Part shown: piece after piece, positions 31,246 through 42,762 of the stretch
How positions within the stretch are numbered: position 1 is the stretch's first letter
How the letters are laid out: the number at the start of each line of letters is the position of its first letter
Assembly (NCBI GenBank): GCA_937625935.1
Contig: OW569354.1
Location: 523,988-587,987, forward strand
From: Tetramitus jugosus
Taxonomy: Eukaryota > Protista > Heterolobosea
Length of the DNA stretch: 64,000 bases
Reading direction: 5' to 3'
Notes under the pieces: model-generated
Told to the model about the DNA's origin: nothing
What the model saw: only the letters and a program-made list of their open reading frames with translations
Databases searched by the model: none
Made by a program: the position numbers and the translations under genes

Positions 31246-33939
31246 ATGAAGATCAATACATGTAAATTCTTATTGTTCGTTTTGGCGGCAATTTCCCTCT
31301 TGTTGTTCACACATCAACAACAACAAGCTACTGATGCTGATTTGATTAGCATGGCTGATGGAACCTACTACATTAGAGAATTGGAGAAGCTTCATCGTCA
31401 CTCTAGAAAATTCGGCGGTAGTAGTAATGAGGCTGCTAGTGATGCTACTGCACAGTCAGCATCATCATCCCTCGACTATTATCAGAGCTTTGCCGATAGA
31501 GAGACTGGTGAAGTTCAAGTGTTTGTCACCTTTCGTTCCAAGCTGACTCATGAAGATTGGAAGTTGGTGCCCCATGGAGAGTACATTCCAAGGCACACGG
31601 TCTCTCTGTTGACCAATGTGTCTCACATTGCTACACTCATGACTCATCCACGTGTGAGACACGTTTCTGTTCTTCCTCAAACCACAAAGTACTCCAACAA
31701 TTTGATGTCACTGGATTTGGACAGTCAGGAATTGATGGCTGATATGGCTGGTTTGAATGAGATTGAAGAGAGCAGAAATATCAATGAGGAGAACAAGAAG
31801 ATTGAAGCCCTCGAGTTTTTAATCTTTCCAAGTGAAAAAATGGGACAAGTCGTTAAAAAGTGGGAGAAGGAAGCAAAGAAACTGTTTCCATTCTTGCAAA
31901 AGATTGATATGAAGCCTGTGAGTGCAAAGAAGATTGTTGCTGAATTCAAGTTCCCTTCTCTAGAGTCCAGAATGGAGAATAGAGAGAAATTGATTGAATT
32001 TATTGCAAAGAAGAATCATATTAGACACGTGCAAATCACTGAAGATTTCCATATTAGCTCTGATGCTGATGTCGATTCAATGGGTATGACTGCATTCTTG
32101 AGCAAGTATGCCTCCAATCCAAAGTCTCTTGCCTATCAACAAATGCTTGAGAAGAATTATGCAAAGTTGGGTGTTCACTCTCTGACTGACGTCCAATTGT
32201 TCTGGAAGTGGAATATTACTGGAAAGGGACACGTTGTTGGTGTTGGTGATACCGGTATCGACATTAACCATTGCATGTTCAGAGACAGCAAGAATCCAAA
32301 GCCAGTCATGTCTGATTACGGTGATGAGGATATTGTGAACAAGAAGTCTGTTGATGGCCTTCAAAGAAAGCACAGAAAGATTTCAGAGTATTGGGCATAT
32401 GCCGACAATGACGACACTGCTGGAGGTCATGGATCTCATGTGGTTGGTGTTTTGGCTGGATCTCTCGAAGGAACTGACAACAAGAATATTCACACCGGTA
32501 TTCTACCAGATGTTAAGCTTGCCTTCATCGATATTGGTCTACCAGACAAGTCATTGAAGATGCCTGAGGATTTGGCTGAATCCTACTTCCCATTCATGAA
32601 GAAGTTGGGTGCTGATATCTTCAGTAACTCTTGGGGTAACAGAAACTATGGCGCTTACAGCTTGGCCTCTCGTGAAATCGATTATTACATGTGGAAGAAT
32701 CCATATACCTTGGCCTTGTTTGCTGCTGGTAACTCTGGTAGAGAAGGTGCTGCCACCATCACCGCTCCAGGTACTGCAAAGAACTGTTTGACTGTTGGTT
32801 CATCTGAAGCTTCAGCAACCAATTTCAAGATGGGTATTCCATTGTACTCTGACTTGATGCGTGCTAGCGTCCCATGTGACAAATCTAGCTTCTTGTACTC
32901 TACTCCTGAATTCTGTGGTGATCGTCCAGTTCCATGTAATGACCGTCAAACCGTCGCCAAGACATGCAAGGCCATTCAAGCAGGTACCGAACAAGCCGAA
33001 GAAATTTGTTGCAAGGTTTCCTTCTTGAACAAGATGTGCTGCAGCAAGTTCCTGTTGAACAAGAATTTGTATGAACTCAACCGTGATTCCCTCGAGTACT
33101 CTGACAAGAATGTTGCCGTGTTCTCATCTAGAGGTCCAACCTCCGATGGTAGAATCAAGCCTGATATTGTCACTATTGGTCAACCAATTTTCTCTGCCCG
33201 TGCTCACGAGAAACCATTCCAAGGAAAGCAATGCCCTATTCCTCAAGTCATGCAAGGAACCAGTCAATCTACTCCACTCGTTGCAGGATACTGTGTTATG
33301 ATCAAGGAGTATATGAAAACTTTGTACGAACAATTTACTAATGTTAAGGGAGCCGACAAGCTTCAAGCCACTCAAATGGCTGACTACAAGCAAGGAAAGG
33401 TCTTTGGATCTCTGTTGAAGGCTATTGTAATTAACTCGGGTTCTGAATTGACTGGTGTTGTCGACATCAACGGACAAGGCATCATTAGAAAGCTGAATGG
33501 TTTCCCTAGTTTCACACAAGGTTTCGGTAACGTTAACTTGACTACTATCATGCCATTCCCAGAAACAACAAAGTTCATGTTCGCACACCAAGAATCCATC
33601 TCAACAAATGAACAGAAACGATACTGCTTCCATACCACATCTGGAATGATCAAGAAGGTCACCTTGGTCTGGTCTGATTTCCCAGCATCCCCAAGTGCCA
33701 AATCAACCTTGGTCAACAATCTAGATTTGGCTCTCCAGTTTAGCAATGGTTATGAGGCACTCGGAAACAATGCCAAGGCCGGTCACGCCGATGATGTGAA
33801 TAACGTTGAACAAATTATTCTGGCGAAGCCACAAGAGTATGTCAAGGTTGTTGTCAGAGGGTCTGATGTTCCTCACGGTCCTCAGCCATTTGCTCTTGTT
33901 GTTACTGGCGAGGGAGAAACTCTGGTTTCTGAATGCTAG
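31246..33939 (+). CDS. Secreted subtilisin-like S8 serine peptidase (KP-43/TagC-like)
   Basis: Signal peptide; triad GDTGID, GHGSHVVG, GTSQSTP; oxyanion AAGNSG; C-terminal VTLVWSD.P...LVNNLDL domain; Cys-rich insert. Confidence 0.9.
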   Translation: MKINTCKFLLFVLAAISLLLFTHQQQQATDADLISMADGTYYIRELEKLHRHSRKFGGSSNEAASDATAQSASSSLDYYQSFADRETGEVQVFVTFRSKLTHEDWKLVPHGEYIPRHTVSLLTNVSHIATLMTHPRVRHVSVLPQTTKYSNNLMSLDLDSQELMADMAGLNEIEESRNINEENKKIEALEFLIFPSEKMGQVVKKWEKEAKKLFPFLQKIDMKPVSAKKIVAEFKFPSLESRMENREKLIEFIAKKNHIRHVQITEDFHISSDADVDSMGMTAFLSKYASNPKSLAYQQMLEKNYAKLGVHSLTDVQLFWKWNITGKGHVVGVGDTGIDINHCMFRDSKNPKPVMSDYGDEDIVNKKSVDGLQRKHRKISEYWAYADNDDTAGGHGSHVVGVLAGSLEGTDNKNIHTGILPDVKLAFIDIGLPDKSLKMPEDLAESYFPFMKKLGADIFSNSWGNRNYGAYSLASREIDYYMWKNPYTLALFAAGNSGREGAATITAPGTAKNCLTVGSSEASATNFKMGIPLYSDLMRASVPCDKSSFLYSTPEFCGDRPVPCNDRQTVAKTCKAIQAGTEQAEEICCKVSFLNKMCCSKFLLNKNLYELNRDSLEYSDKNVAVFSSRGPTSDGRIKPDIVTIGQPIFSARAHEKPFQGKQCPIPQVMQGTSQSTPLVAGYCVMIKEYMKTLYEQFTNVKGADKLQATQMADYKQGKVFGSLLKAIVINSGSELTGVVDINGQGIIRKLNGFPSFTQGFGNVNLTTIMPFPETTKFMFAHQESISTNEQKRYCFHTTSGMIKKVTLVWSDFPASPSAKSTLVNNLDLALQFSNGYEALGNNAKAGHADDVNNVEQIILAKPQEYVKVVVRGSDVPHGPQPFALVVTGEGETLVSEC

Positions 33940-34030
33940 TTCATTGGTGTAGATTATCTTTTGAAATAATGAAGAGTTCTCATGCTCGTTTTTCCAAGTT
34001 GCAAGTGATCTTTTATTCGTGTCGTTTCTC

Positions 34031-35198
34031 TCACATCATCTTCTTGGAGGATAGCTGCATTCGAGTCTTAAGAGTTCCATTGACGACAAGTAACCTGAAT
34101 ATCTTGTTTGTGACATAGAGAAAAACAAGCAACAGGGACATGTATTGTACCCACGCCCACTTGACGACTTCGAGTACACCCGGTTCATACCATATTACCT
34201 GTGCGGGAACATTGATCAGGGCTTTCACATGGAACAACTTGCTGGAGGGTGTTGGTGTCAATCCTGAAAGCTTGGGTCTCCAGTACGTATTAGTGGGAGA
34301 GAAGGTGGCTGTCAGCTCTCGATTCACAGACACCTCCTCCAACAATTTGTCAATGTTAATCTGGTTGAGGTTCGTGATTGCACCGAAGTCAATCAGATCA
34401 TCGCCATTGATATCCTTGTTCTTCACACCATATCGTCTTCGAATTGGCATCGTCTGCTTGAATAACAAATCTCCATAAATTGAGAGTTGATCACCTGGAA
34501 TTGGAGAGCTATAATACAGATGAGCAAGTGCTTCAACACGACATATCCTCTCGATCTAAGTTCACTCATTAGCTACAATTCTTGATTCAAAACAACAAGT
34601 AGTGAAATGAATGAGATATGCTAATACATACCTTCAGTTTGTAATCGAAAAACAAGAGAGCCCGAATAGAAACAACCTCTTGATCATTTGCTAATGGAAT
34701 CTTGAAGTCAAATTGAAATTGATCAGCCAAGTTGGCATCAAAGTGCTTGTATGTCCGGTCCAATGGATTATGAGTTCTTATCCGATCATTGATGGAAGAA
34801 GTTTTGAGAGTAAAAGTTGGGAAAATGAGCTTATCTCTCATCATTTCATTGACATTGGCATTGCTTGTCCAAAACATTTGTGTCAATTGCGTTTTGCCCT
34901 GTTGTTGGACCAACACTTCCAGTAGAATCTTGTTTTCAAAGGAGACTGTTGCTTTCTCGTGAAAGGAATTGTGTTTCCTCCAAAAATCTAACACATTAAG
35001 GTAGTGTGAGCCGATAAGTTAACTCTCCTCATCCTTGACAAACTATCAATCATGTTGTTTCATACCTCCAGTGAATAGGACAATGATAAACGGTACAACA
35101 ATCGTTACAACTAGAAATACAATGTAAACCACTAATGTACATTGGTCTCCATAATCCGAATAACGAACTGTGATTGGTTCTTCATGCACCACTGTCAT
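34031..35198 (-). CDS. TMEM231: Ciliary transition-zone protein TMEM231 (3 exons)
   Basis: N-terminal TM, DFWRK after intron 35065-34988, second GTATGT intron from 34631; C-terminal YEPGVLEVVKWAWVQY signature. Confidence 0.85.
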
Positions 35199-35305
35199 TG
35201 CGATTTCATGTTGTGTTTGAATGAAAAATCGTAAAGGGAATGAACGGAAAATTCGAAGCTTCAAATCGTTTCCAGATCTCAAAAACAAAAAATCAAACCA
35301 TACCA

Positions 35306-36883
35306 ATGCAGTATTACACAGTGGGAGAAGGTGATCATCCTACCAACATTAGAGTGTTCATCAATGATGAAAGTACACCAAGTGTTCAGTATTGGAACAA
35401 ACATCATGGTCAATGGGTACAGTGCACCAACGATAAGCCAATCATACATGGTAACTCAGGTGACATGCAAGAATCGAGCTCCACTAGCACTCCAAGAAAC
35501 AAGAGATCTGCACTTTCCATAAACGACGACAACGACAATGAGAGAAACAATAAGATTAGAAAACTGGAAGAAAGCTCAACTGGAGAAGCATCAAGTAATC
35601 AAGTGAGTATAATGATGCCACTCATGTTCCATCATTTACCAATGGAGCTCATTGTGTATATTTTAGAGTTTGGACAGTATATGAACCTTGCGGAAATCAA
35701 CAGTCTCGATGCTATATTCTTCAAGAAGAAGGGATCATTGTTGTGTCGTAATCATGATGTCAATGGTGATGAGGATGATGATGAAAACAATGAAAATCAA
35801 GGAATTCATATGGACCAGGTCGGTGTTCTGTATCCCAATATCTCCATTGATCGAAACTGTAGTCAATATGGAGTCTTGTTGTTGATTGCGCCATGGATAC
35901 GACGGTTGAAGCTCGCATCCACCTATATGCGTATGAGTTCATCTCAAAAGAAACGGTTCGTTCACTTACTTCAAAGAAATTTACAGAGTGTCGAGATGGT
36001 AAATGATGAAATCACATTGCTTGGATATCGCTCGAGCAGCTTGGTAGTTCAAGCCTATCCTCACTGTATACAGAGTTACGATACGGCAACAATCTATAAG
36101 ACTCATGCGAATAACAAGTATCAAAAATTGATGGATGAAATGAGTCGGTATCCATTCATTCGAACGTTGACTATCAGTTTCTACTCTAACGATCCTTGCG
36201 CGACACTGATGCAAGAAGTGAAGCAACGATTAACTCACCTAAAGTATTTGTCAATTACGTTCTATAGATCGGTCAACTCGACAGATGATTCCCCTACGGA
36301 TCAAGTCAATGAGAGTATAGCGTTTATCATTTCTCAAATGACACAACTGAGATCATTAACAATTAATGTGGAGTATTCCATGTTGAGTACATTGAAATTG
36401 GATGCTCTGATCGGAAACAAGAATCTCTATTCCCTGGGTCTCTGGGGTCAAATGGATGAGAATATTCATAGTTCAGTAATGGAGTGCATCAATCAGAGCA
36501 AAGTGAAATATTTGAGCTGTTGCATCGAGTCTGATGATTGCTTCCAGGTACTGGCAGACAATGCAAACTTGGAAAAGATGAAAATCAAAACCCAAAATGT
36601 AAGAGCACTGGATCACATACTGCCGATGAAATCCGTTACGCACCTCGTTATTCATCCAATGGATTGGCCTGGAGAATCATGGCAGACGTTCAAAAGTACT
36701 GTTGCTCAACAGACAAAATTGAATCAAATATCGCTTGATCCAGAGGATGACAATGTACGATTATCTGAAGAAATTGCATCCGTTCTCAGATCATTCCTTC
36801 CGAAAGAGATCAATGTTCGTGTTTTGAATGATCACCAACCAACTCACAGTACTACTTCGGACTATGATAGCGATGGTTTTTAG
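35306..36883 (+). CDS. F-box-like/LRR-like protein
   Basis: FHHLPMELIVYILEF F-box start followed by LRR-like strands (LTHLKYLSI, MTQLRSLTI). Confidence 0.65.
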   Translation: MQYYTVGEGDHPTNIRVFINDESTPSVQYWNKHHGQWVQCTNDKPIIHGNSGDMQESSSTSTPRNKRSALSINDDNDNERNNKIRKLEESSTGEASSNQVSIMMPLMFHHLPMELIVYILEFGQYMNLAEINSLDAIFFKKKGSLLCRNHDVNGDEDDDENNENQGIHMDQVGVLYPNISIDRNCSQYGVLLLIAPWIRRLKLASTYMRMSSSQKKRFVHLLQRNLQSVEMVNDEITLLGYRSSSLVVQAYPHCIQSYDTATIYKTHANNKYQKLMDEMSRYPFIRTLTISFYSNDPCATLMQEVKQRLTHLKYLSITFYRSVNSTDDSPTDQVNESIAFIISQMTQLRSLTINVEYSMLSTLKLDALIGNKNLYSLGLWGQMDENIHSSVMECINQSKVKYLSCCIESDDCFQVLADNANLEKMKIKTQNVRALDHILPMKSVTHLVIHPMDWPGESWQTFKSTVAQQTKLNQISLDPEDDNVRLSEEIASVLRSFLPKEINVRVLNDHQPTHSTTSDYDSDGF

Positions 36884-36961
36884 ATTAACGAGGACAGGCT
36901 GTCGTTATCGCGAAGAGATACTGTGTTGAAGAAAACAGTTACAATACCAATGTCTACGTAT

Positions 36962-37909
36962 TTATTCAATGATTGGTGTCTTGATGAGTGATAAGAAGGC
37001 GTGATCATTGTAAATCTCATGTCTCCTCCTGTTTCGATAAAGAAACTCCTTGAAAACGAGCTCTCCATCTTCATTCTTCGTATATCCCTCACCATCGAAC
37101 AAGTCTGTCACACCCATTTCAAAATAGAAGAACTTTCGAGCATCTAATGGTGTAATATCACCAGATTCAACATTATCAGCTCTTCCATCAGAATCCTCTC
37201 GTTGAGCATCTTGTGACGACATTAGATACTGCTGCTGGAAACGATTATAGTTCAAATAGTGTGGTGAGGACTCTCCTTCCGTCTTCACCTTGAAAAAGTC
37301 AAATTGCTCTTCAAAATGCGAAAAGTCCTTTGATACTAGTTCGTGTTCATGATGACGAATATGATGATAAACATCTGGGAATGCGATTGAACACATCTTG
37401 AACAATCCGGACCACGTGGCCAAATAACCAACATCCTCTGAACTTCCACTCTCACCATCCAACACAATCAACTCATAGGAATAACCTTGAGAGAGTCTCC
37501 AGTCAACCAATCTCTGTTCATGTCCAATCGCCTTCAACATCTCAAATGGTTTGCTTGGACCAATTGCAAGCATCTTGGCCAGTCCATCCGATCCCATGAA
37601 ATAACAGGTTCGATCCTCTGACGTGGAAGAAAGAGTCTCCTTTTCCTCTGGGAGGTGCTCTCTGGCCTTACAGATTCGACCAATCAGTTTCTCTGACACT
37701 CTGTACTCCACAATGGTACTCGAATCATACTCATCACCATCGCTACTATTACTTGTGATAGTAGTAGTTGTCGTAGTCATAGTTGTCGTGGTTGTTATGG
37801 TTGTTGTTTCGTCATCTGTGGATTGGGAAACCAACTGCTGAAGTCTGCGGTACTCGGTGACAAAATCACTCACAGAATGAATGTGTACAATTTTGGTGTT
37901 TGTCTGCAT
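36962..37909 (-). CDS. Hypothetical protein with globular-looking C-terminal domain
   Basis: 315-aa ORF; function not recognised. Confidence 0.6.
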   Translation of the reverse strand: MQTNTKIVHIHSVSDFVTEYRRLQQLVSQSTDDETTTITTTTTMTTTTTTITSNSSDGDEYDSSTIVEYRVSEKLIGRICKAREHLPEEKETLSSTSEDRTCYFMGSDGLAKMLAIGPSKPFEMLKAIGHEQRLVDWRLSQGYSYELIVLDGESGSSEDVGYLATWSGLFKMCSIAFPDVYHHIRHHEHELVSKDFSHFEEQFDFFKVKTEGESSPHYLNYNRFQQQYLMSSQDAQREDSDGRADNVESGDITPLDARKFFYFEMGVTDLFDGEGYTKNEDGELVFKEFLYRNRRRHEIYNDHAFLSLIKTPIIE

Positions 37910-38008
37910 CTCTTTCGTTGTTTTGTTGTGGTTGTTTGTTCGTTGTGTTTTGTTCCTTGTCGAACAAAAAGTTCAACAGAACACAGCTTTTTGGAATTCC
38001 AGTTTTAT

Positions 38009-40426
38009 TTAGTGGTTCTTGACAAGGTTCTTGTACTCTGACAGCACATCCTTGTACAAGTCCTTCATTTGTTCGACAACCTTGGTGCTGACCAAGTAGT
38101 CTGTCACAGGTTCTCTCATGGACACTCTCTTGGTAAGCTTTTGCTTGAACGGTTCCTTCTCATTCTGTTCGACAAGTGTGATTGCAGCACCGAGCTTTCC
38201 AGCACGAGCCGTTCTACCAACTCTATGCATGTATCCCTTGAGATATCCCGGTGTATCATAATTGATCACAGTGTCAACCTCTAGATCCACACCTCTTCCC
38301 AAAACATCTGTGCAAATGAGAATGCTGAAGGCAGAATTTTGGAAGTCTTTGAGAACCTTGGCACGAACCTTTCCTCGCATCTTGGTATCAAACACCTCAC
38401 TGATTCTGTATCCTTCACCTGGTGTGGCCATTCCCTGATACACATCAATCTCCTTTTGATTCTGTACTCTTCTCTTCTCAGCAACCATGCTCTCATTAAT
38501 CTCCATACATGCCTTCCATGCACCAGTCTTCAAGAATGCCTTCAAGATGGTGTTCAGACGACTAGCGTTCTCAGGAGTGTCACAGAAGCACAAAATCTTT
38601 CTCTGTTTTGCAAACAGTTGTAGATTAGGATGCAACAACAGAGCAACCAAATAGAGAGGCTTGTAATAGGACTCGTAAGTAGAAACGTACTGTCGCAACG
38701 TGTCTGGAACACTGTACTTTTGATCCTTGGACGATTCATCATCTTCCATAATCTTGACAGATGAAGAAACAGCTCCACCTTCAACAGTAGAGACATCTGC
38801 TGCCTCTGTTGTTGTAGTAGTTGCTTCTTCCTTCTCTGCCTCCTTCTCAGCAGCGGAATCAACCTGAGGTGCATCTGGACGTTGCATAGGTGCCAACGGA
38901 GTGTGCTTGAGCATATTGGTAAAGAATTGAGGTCTGTGAAGGTTCAACTTTGCCAATCTTCCTGCGTGAGGTGTCAATGTAGCCGAGCATAAAATCTTTC
39001 TGGCCATGACGTATGGCACAGGCACAGGCACATCAGTCTCCGAGAGATGTGATCCCAATTGTCTCATATGAGACTCGTACTTTTCCAACAATTGTTTCAC
39101 AGAGTTTCCTCTGACACTGCCATCCAGCATCGTGTCCACTTCATCCAACACAATGAATTTGAGGCAGGACATGATCTCTAGGAATCCCTTGGTGTCTCTC
39201 ACGTGACGCAACAATCGATTTGGTGTTCCAATAATAATATGAGCCAATGAACAGAATTCTCCCTCACTGCTATCACGACTATTCTTCTTATTGTTACTAT
39301 TCTTGTTGTTGTTCTTGTTGTGAGAGAAAGCTCGACCAACAAGTCGCTTCTGCTCACGTTCAAAACTGGGCAATGATCCATCGCACAACTCCACAACCAA
39401 TCCAACTTCTCTTGCAAACTGTTTGAACACCGAGTACACTTGTTGAGCCAATGTCTTGGAAGGCACAACCACCATTGCTCGGAGTTTTGTGAATCGGAGT
39501 TTCATGCAGCACTGTAAAATGGGAAGAACGTAGCTCAGCGTTTTACCAGAACCAGTGGGAGAACTCACACAAATGTCACATGGAGTTTGACTTTGAGTCA
39601 TGGCAATTGCAACGGGAACAACAGCTCTCTGAACAGCAAACAATTCTTCAAACTTTAGCTTTTCACGCATCACATGAATAATTTTTTCATCGAGTGATGT
39701 TTGATCGAGAGGAAGCTTTTTGGCACTCATGATCCAAACATTGTCCTGCTTCTTGTCCATCATGTCCTCTGTTGTTGTTGTTAACTCTGGAGTGCTGGTT
39801 GTTGTTTCATCACCCATGAATGAAGCAGGTGCTTCTTCACCGTGGTAATTGTTGTTATCGTACTGTTGATCATAATTGTAGTTGTTTTGACCAGCATAGT
39901 ACTCTTCTTCATTGTTGTTGTTTCCATAATAAGAATCCTGATTATAATTATTGTAGTTGTTGTTGTTGCCATACTGATTGTAATTGTCATAACGGTTGTT
40001 GTTGTTGTTGTTATAATTATTGTTGAATCTAGAGTTGTTGTTGTTGTTGTTGTAACCAGCACCACGTTGATATTGAGAAGGTTCTTTTTCCTCTTCTTGC
40101 TTACTGAAAAATTGTTCAAGAGGAGACAAGTGATTGAATCGATTGTTGTTATTGCTCGTATTCGTGTTATTGGTAGTGACAGATGCACTCGCATCAAAAT
40201 CTGTCTTTGTCTTCTTAAACTTGTCCGTGTCGTTTAGGCCTGCTGCTGCGTTCGTTTGATCATCTCTGGCTCTCTTTTTTGTATTGGCAGAATCATTGGT
40301 GTTTTGAATAAATGCCAATGCTAAATCTCTGCTCTTGTTGCTCAACATGATTGATTTGTTGGTGTGTGGTTGTTGTTGTTGGCGTGTTTGACAAAAATGG
40401 TTTTGTTGTTGTTCAACAAATTGCAT
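38009..40426 (-). CDS. DDX51: DEAD-box RNA helicase, Dbp6/DDX51 family
   Basis: LFAVQ Q-motif, DICVSSPTGSGKTLSY, DEVD, SATLT, HRVGRTARAG; Asn/Tyr-rich N-terminus. Confidence 0.85.
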   Translation of the reverse strand: MQFVEQQQNHFCQTRQQQQPHTNKSIMLSNKSRDLALAFIQNTNDSANTKKRARDDQTNAAAGLNDTDKFKKTKTDFDASASVTTNNTNTSNNNNRFNHLSPLEQFFSKQEEEKEPSQYQRGAGYNNNNNNSRFNNNYNNNNNNRYDNYNQYGNNNNYNNYNQDSYYGNNNNEEEYYAGQNNYNYDQQYDNNNYHGEEAPASFMGDETTTSTPELTTTTEDMMDKKQDNVWIMSAKKLPLDQTSLDEKIIHVMREKLKFEELFAVQRAVVPVAIAMTQSQTPCDICVSSPTGSGKTLSYVLPILQCCMKLRFTKLRAMVVVPSKTLAQQVYSVFKQFAREVGLVVELCDGSLPSFEREQKRLVGRAFSHNKNNNKNSNNKKNSRDSSEGEFCSLAHIIIGTPNRLLRHVRDTKGFLEIMSCLKFIVLDEVDTMLDGSVRGNSVKQLLEKYESHMRQLGSHLSETDVPVPVPYVMARKILCSATLTPHAGRLAKLNLHRPQFFTNMLKHTPLAPMQRPDAPQVDSAAEKEAEKEEATTTTTEAADVSTVEGGAVSSSVKIMEDDESSKDQKYSVPDTLRQYVSTYESYYKPLYLVALLLHPNLQLFAKQRKILCFCDTPENASRLNTILKAFLKTGAWKACMEINESMVAEKRRVQNQKEIDVYQGMATPGEGYRISEVFDTKMRGKVRAKVLKDFQNSAFSILICTDVLGRGVDLEVDTVINYDTPGYLKGYMHRVGRTARAGKLGAAITLVEQNEKEPFKQKLTKRVSMREPVTDYLVSTKVVEQMKDLYKDVLSEYKNLVKNH

Positions 40427-40585
40427 GAGCGAGGAGTTTTATTACTTGTGAAAACCAATTTGGTCAATGAAAATGTTGAACACGGACATGGAATGTAGAG
40501 CCTTGATCTGACTACTGGTTCTTATTCAATAATAGGGACACTTCTTGAGGTTTATAATGTTAACGTATCATAAAAGACCATTTAT

Positions 40586-41301
40586 TTACTGTTGTTCAAC
40601 TTGTTCAACAGCAGCTTCAGCAGCAGGAGCAGACTTGGTTGCGGTTTGCTTTTCTTCCAAAACGATTTCAATGTGAGATGGGGAGGACATGTAAGCATTA
40701 ATTCTACCATGAGCTCTGAATGTTCTTCTTCTAATGAGAGCAGCCTTGTTGACGTGAGCGTGAGCAACGAAAAGCTTGGACTTGGACAAGCTTCTGTTCT
40801 TTGCGTTGGCTTCAGCATTTCTCAAAATTTCGAGCATTGCTCTAACAGCCTTGGTTGGCCATCTGCATTGGGATGTCTTCCAGTTCTTTGCTTGAGCATG
40901 TCTACCTGGACCACCGTTGAATGGACCTCTGAATGGAACAGCTTCGATGTGCTTCAAAACGTTGTTCAAGAACTTCTTTGCTCTGATGAGGGTCATTCCT
41001 CTAATAGCGTTAGCAACTTGGACGGTGTTCTTGAAGTGAACTCTGACACGCTCTGCCTTAGCCTTAGCGTCTAGAATAACAAATTGAATGTCAGCACAAA
41101 ATGTTGATAAATACAAACAAGAAGTGTGAAGAAAGGAACTTGATCACGAGAAAGAAGATATGAACGGATGTCACAAATAGTGAATCTCGCCGGTCTCGCA
41201 ACATGTCATCCATTCTCACAACTTCCACAAGATTAGAACATTGATTGTTGATGCTTACGCTTAGAGGTTTGGGAAGTGTAACAGTAACTGGTGGATGGCA
41301 T
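40586..41301 (-). CDS. RPL17: 60S ribosomal protein uL22 (L17); exons 41301-41259 and 41070-40586
   Basis: RVHFKNT, RWPTK, RRRTFRAHGRINAYMSSPSHIE; GTAAGC...CTAG intron 41258-41071. Confidence 0.95.
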
Positions 41302-41653
41302 TTTACTGGGATATACTTTTGGCTATAGTTGATGCTTGTGTTTTCGTTTTGTTTTTTGAGAAATTTCGAAAGGTTGACCTTTGTCGTGATTACAACGGTG
41401 AAGTTGACTGGTTGAAGTTTCACATGAACGATTGAATATAAAGCGGAAAAATATCACACAAAATTGTGAGTAAACGCAGCTAGTATGGCAAATCATGGAT
41501 TCACCTGATTACAGGAGAATGTTGTTTTTCCTTGAAGCATTGATCTTCTTGGTCGGTTGGTCTTCACATGAGATTGAGAGATCAACACCAGAATTTCCAG
41601 AAAAAAAAAGAACTGGGCAGAACAACTGTTTGTGAACAAATAAAACTTTAACA

Positions 41654-42646
41654 ATGAGCACTGATGGTGATGAACACAATGTTCTAGAGTATGACCCAGC
41701 TGTTGACGAATTCCAAATTGAGAGAATACTTGGCATCAAATTGTTGGAAGAAACTGACGACGAAGAACAATATTTGCTTAAGTTCAAGAATCGCAGTTAT
41801 ATTCACGCGAAATGGGTCACAGAGGATGAGGTAGAAAGATATCCAAACGGTGTCGCGATATTGGAGGGCTTTCGCTCGAGATTTTCAATTGAGGACTTTG
41901 AAGGCAAAACAGAGCACTTTTTTGATCCAAGCTTTTGTCAAGTGGATCGAATTTTGGATAGAGGACAATTCAGGAATAAGGAGGAGAAGAAGGGCATGTA
42001 TTGGGTCAAGTGGAAAATGTTGGGCTACGATGAGTGCACATGGGAGTTTGAAGATGATATTCCTCGTGATGATCATACCAAGATTGATGAATTTCAGAGC
42101 AGAAGAAGAGTGCCATCAGGGACAGATCGAAGAATCCCTGATCGACCTTCTGCAAGTGAATTTAAACCGCTTGAAACTGGTCCAGTAGTCAAACAAGGTC
42201 ATCAACTGAGAGATTATCAGTTGCAGGGTTTGAATTGGCTCTTGTTCTGCTGGTTCAACAAACGAGGTTCGATTCTTGCTGATGAGATGGGCAAAACTGT
42301 TCAGGCAGTGAATTTATTGGAATGGATCCGTACGGCTCAACATAACCGAGGTCCATTCCTTGTGATTGCTCCACTGTCTACTATCAACCAATGGAAGAAC
42401 AAGTTTGAGAATTGGACAGAGATGAACACAGTTGTTTTCCAGGGGAATCGAGAAAGCAGAGATTTGATCACTCGATATGAGTTTTATTATTATGATGAAA
42501 GTGGTCGTGTCATACCAAACCTCTATAAGTTCAATGTTCTCATCACAACCTATGAAACAATGATAGCAGAGGCACCCTTACTGAGCAACATTAATTGGCA
42601 GTGTATGGTGGTTGACGAGGGTCATCGATTGAAGAATACATCTTGA
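41654..42646 (+). pseudogene. Truncated CHD-family chromodomain helicase (2 chromodomains + N-terminal half of SNF2 ATPase)
   Basis: Tandem chromodomains, LRDYQLQGLNWL, Walker A reads DEMGKT instead of DEMGLGKT, stop just after DEGHRLKN; the next gene ends about 115 bp later, leaving no room for the C-terminal lobe. Confidence 0.75.
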
Positions 42647-42762
42647 GAAGATTAAGAACCGATGTTTCCATGGAGGAGTAGTACTAGATTGAGGATTGAG
42701 AATCGAGGATTGCTTAGGGTACTGAACAGTCATAAACAACTTGATATTTATTTGTTTCCAGA

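Noticed and set aside
39781-40237. Hydrophobic or poly-Val/Cys/Met ORFs antisense or off-frame to real genes (also around 28540-29506 and 50586-51240)
   Set aside because: Artefacts of trinucleotide microsatellites encoding poly-N/Q/S/T in the true frame.
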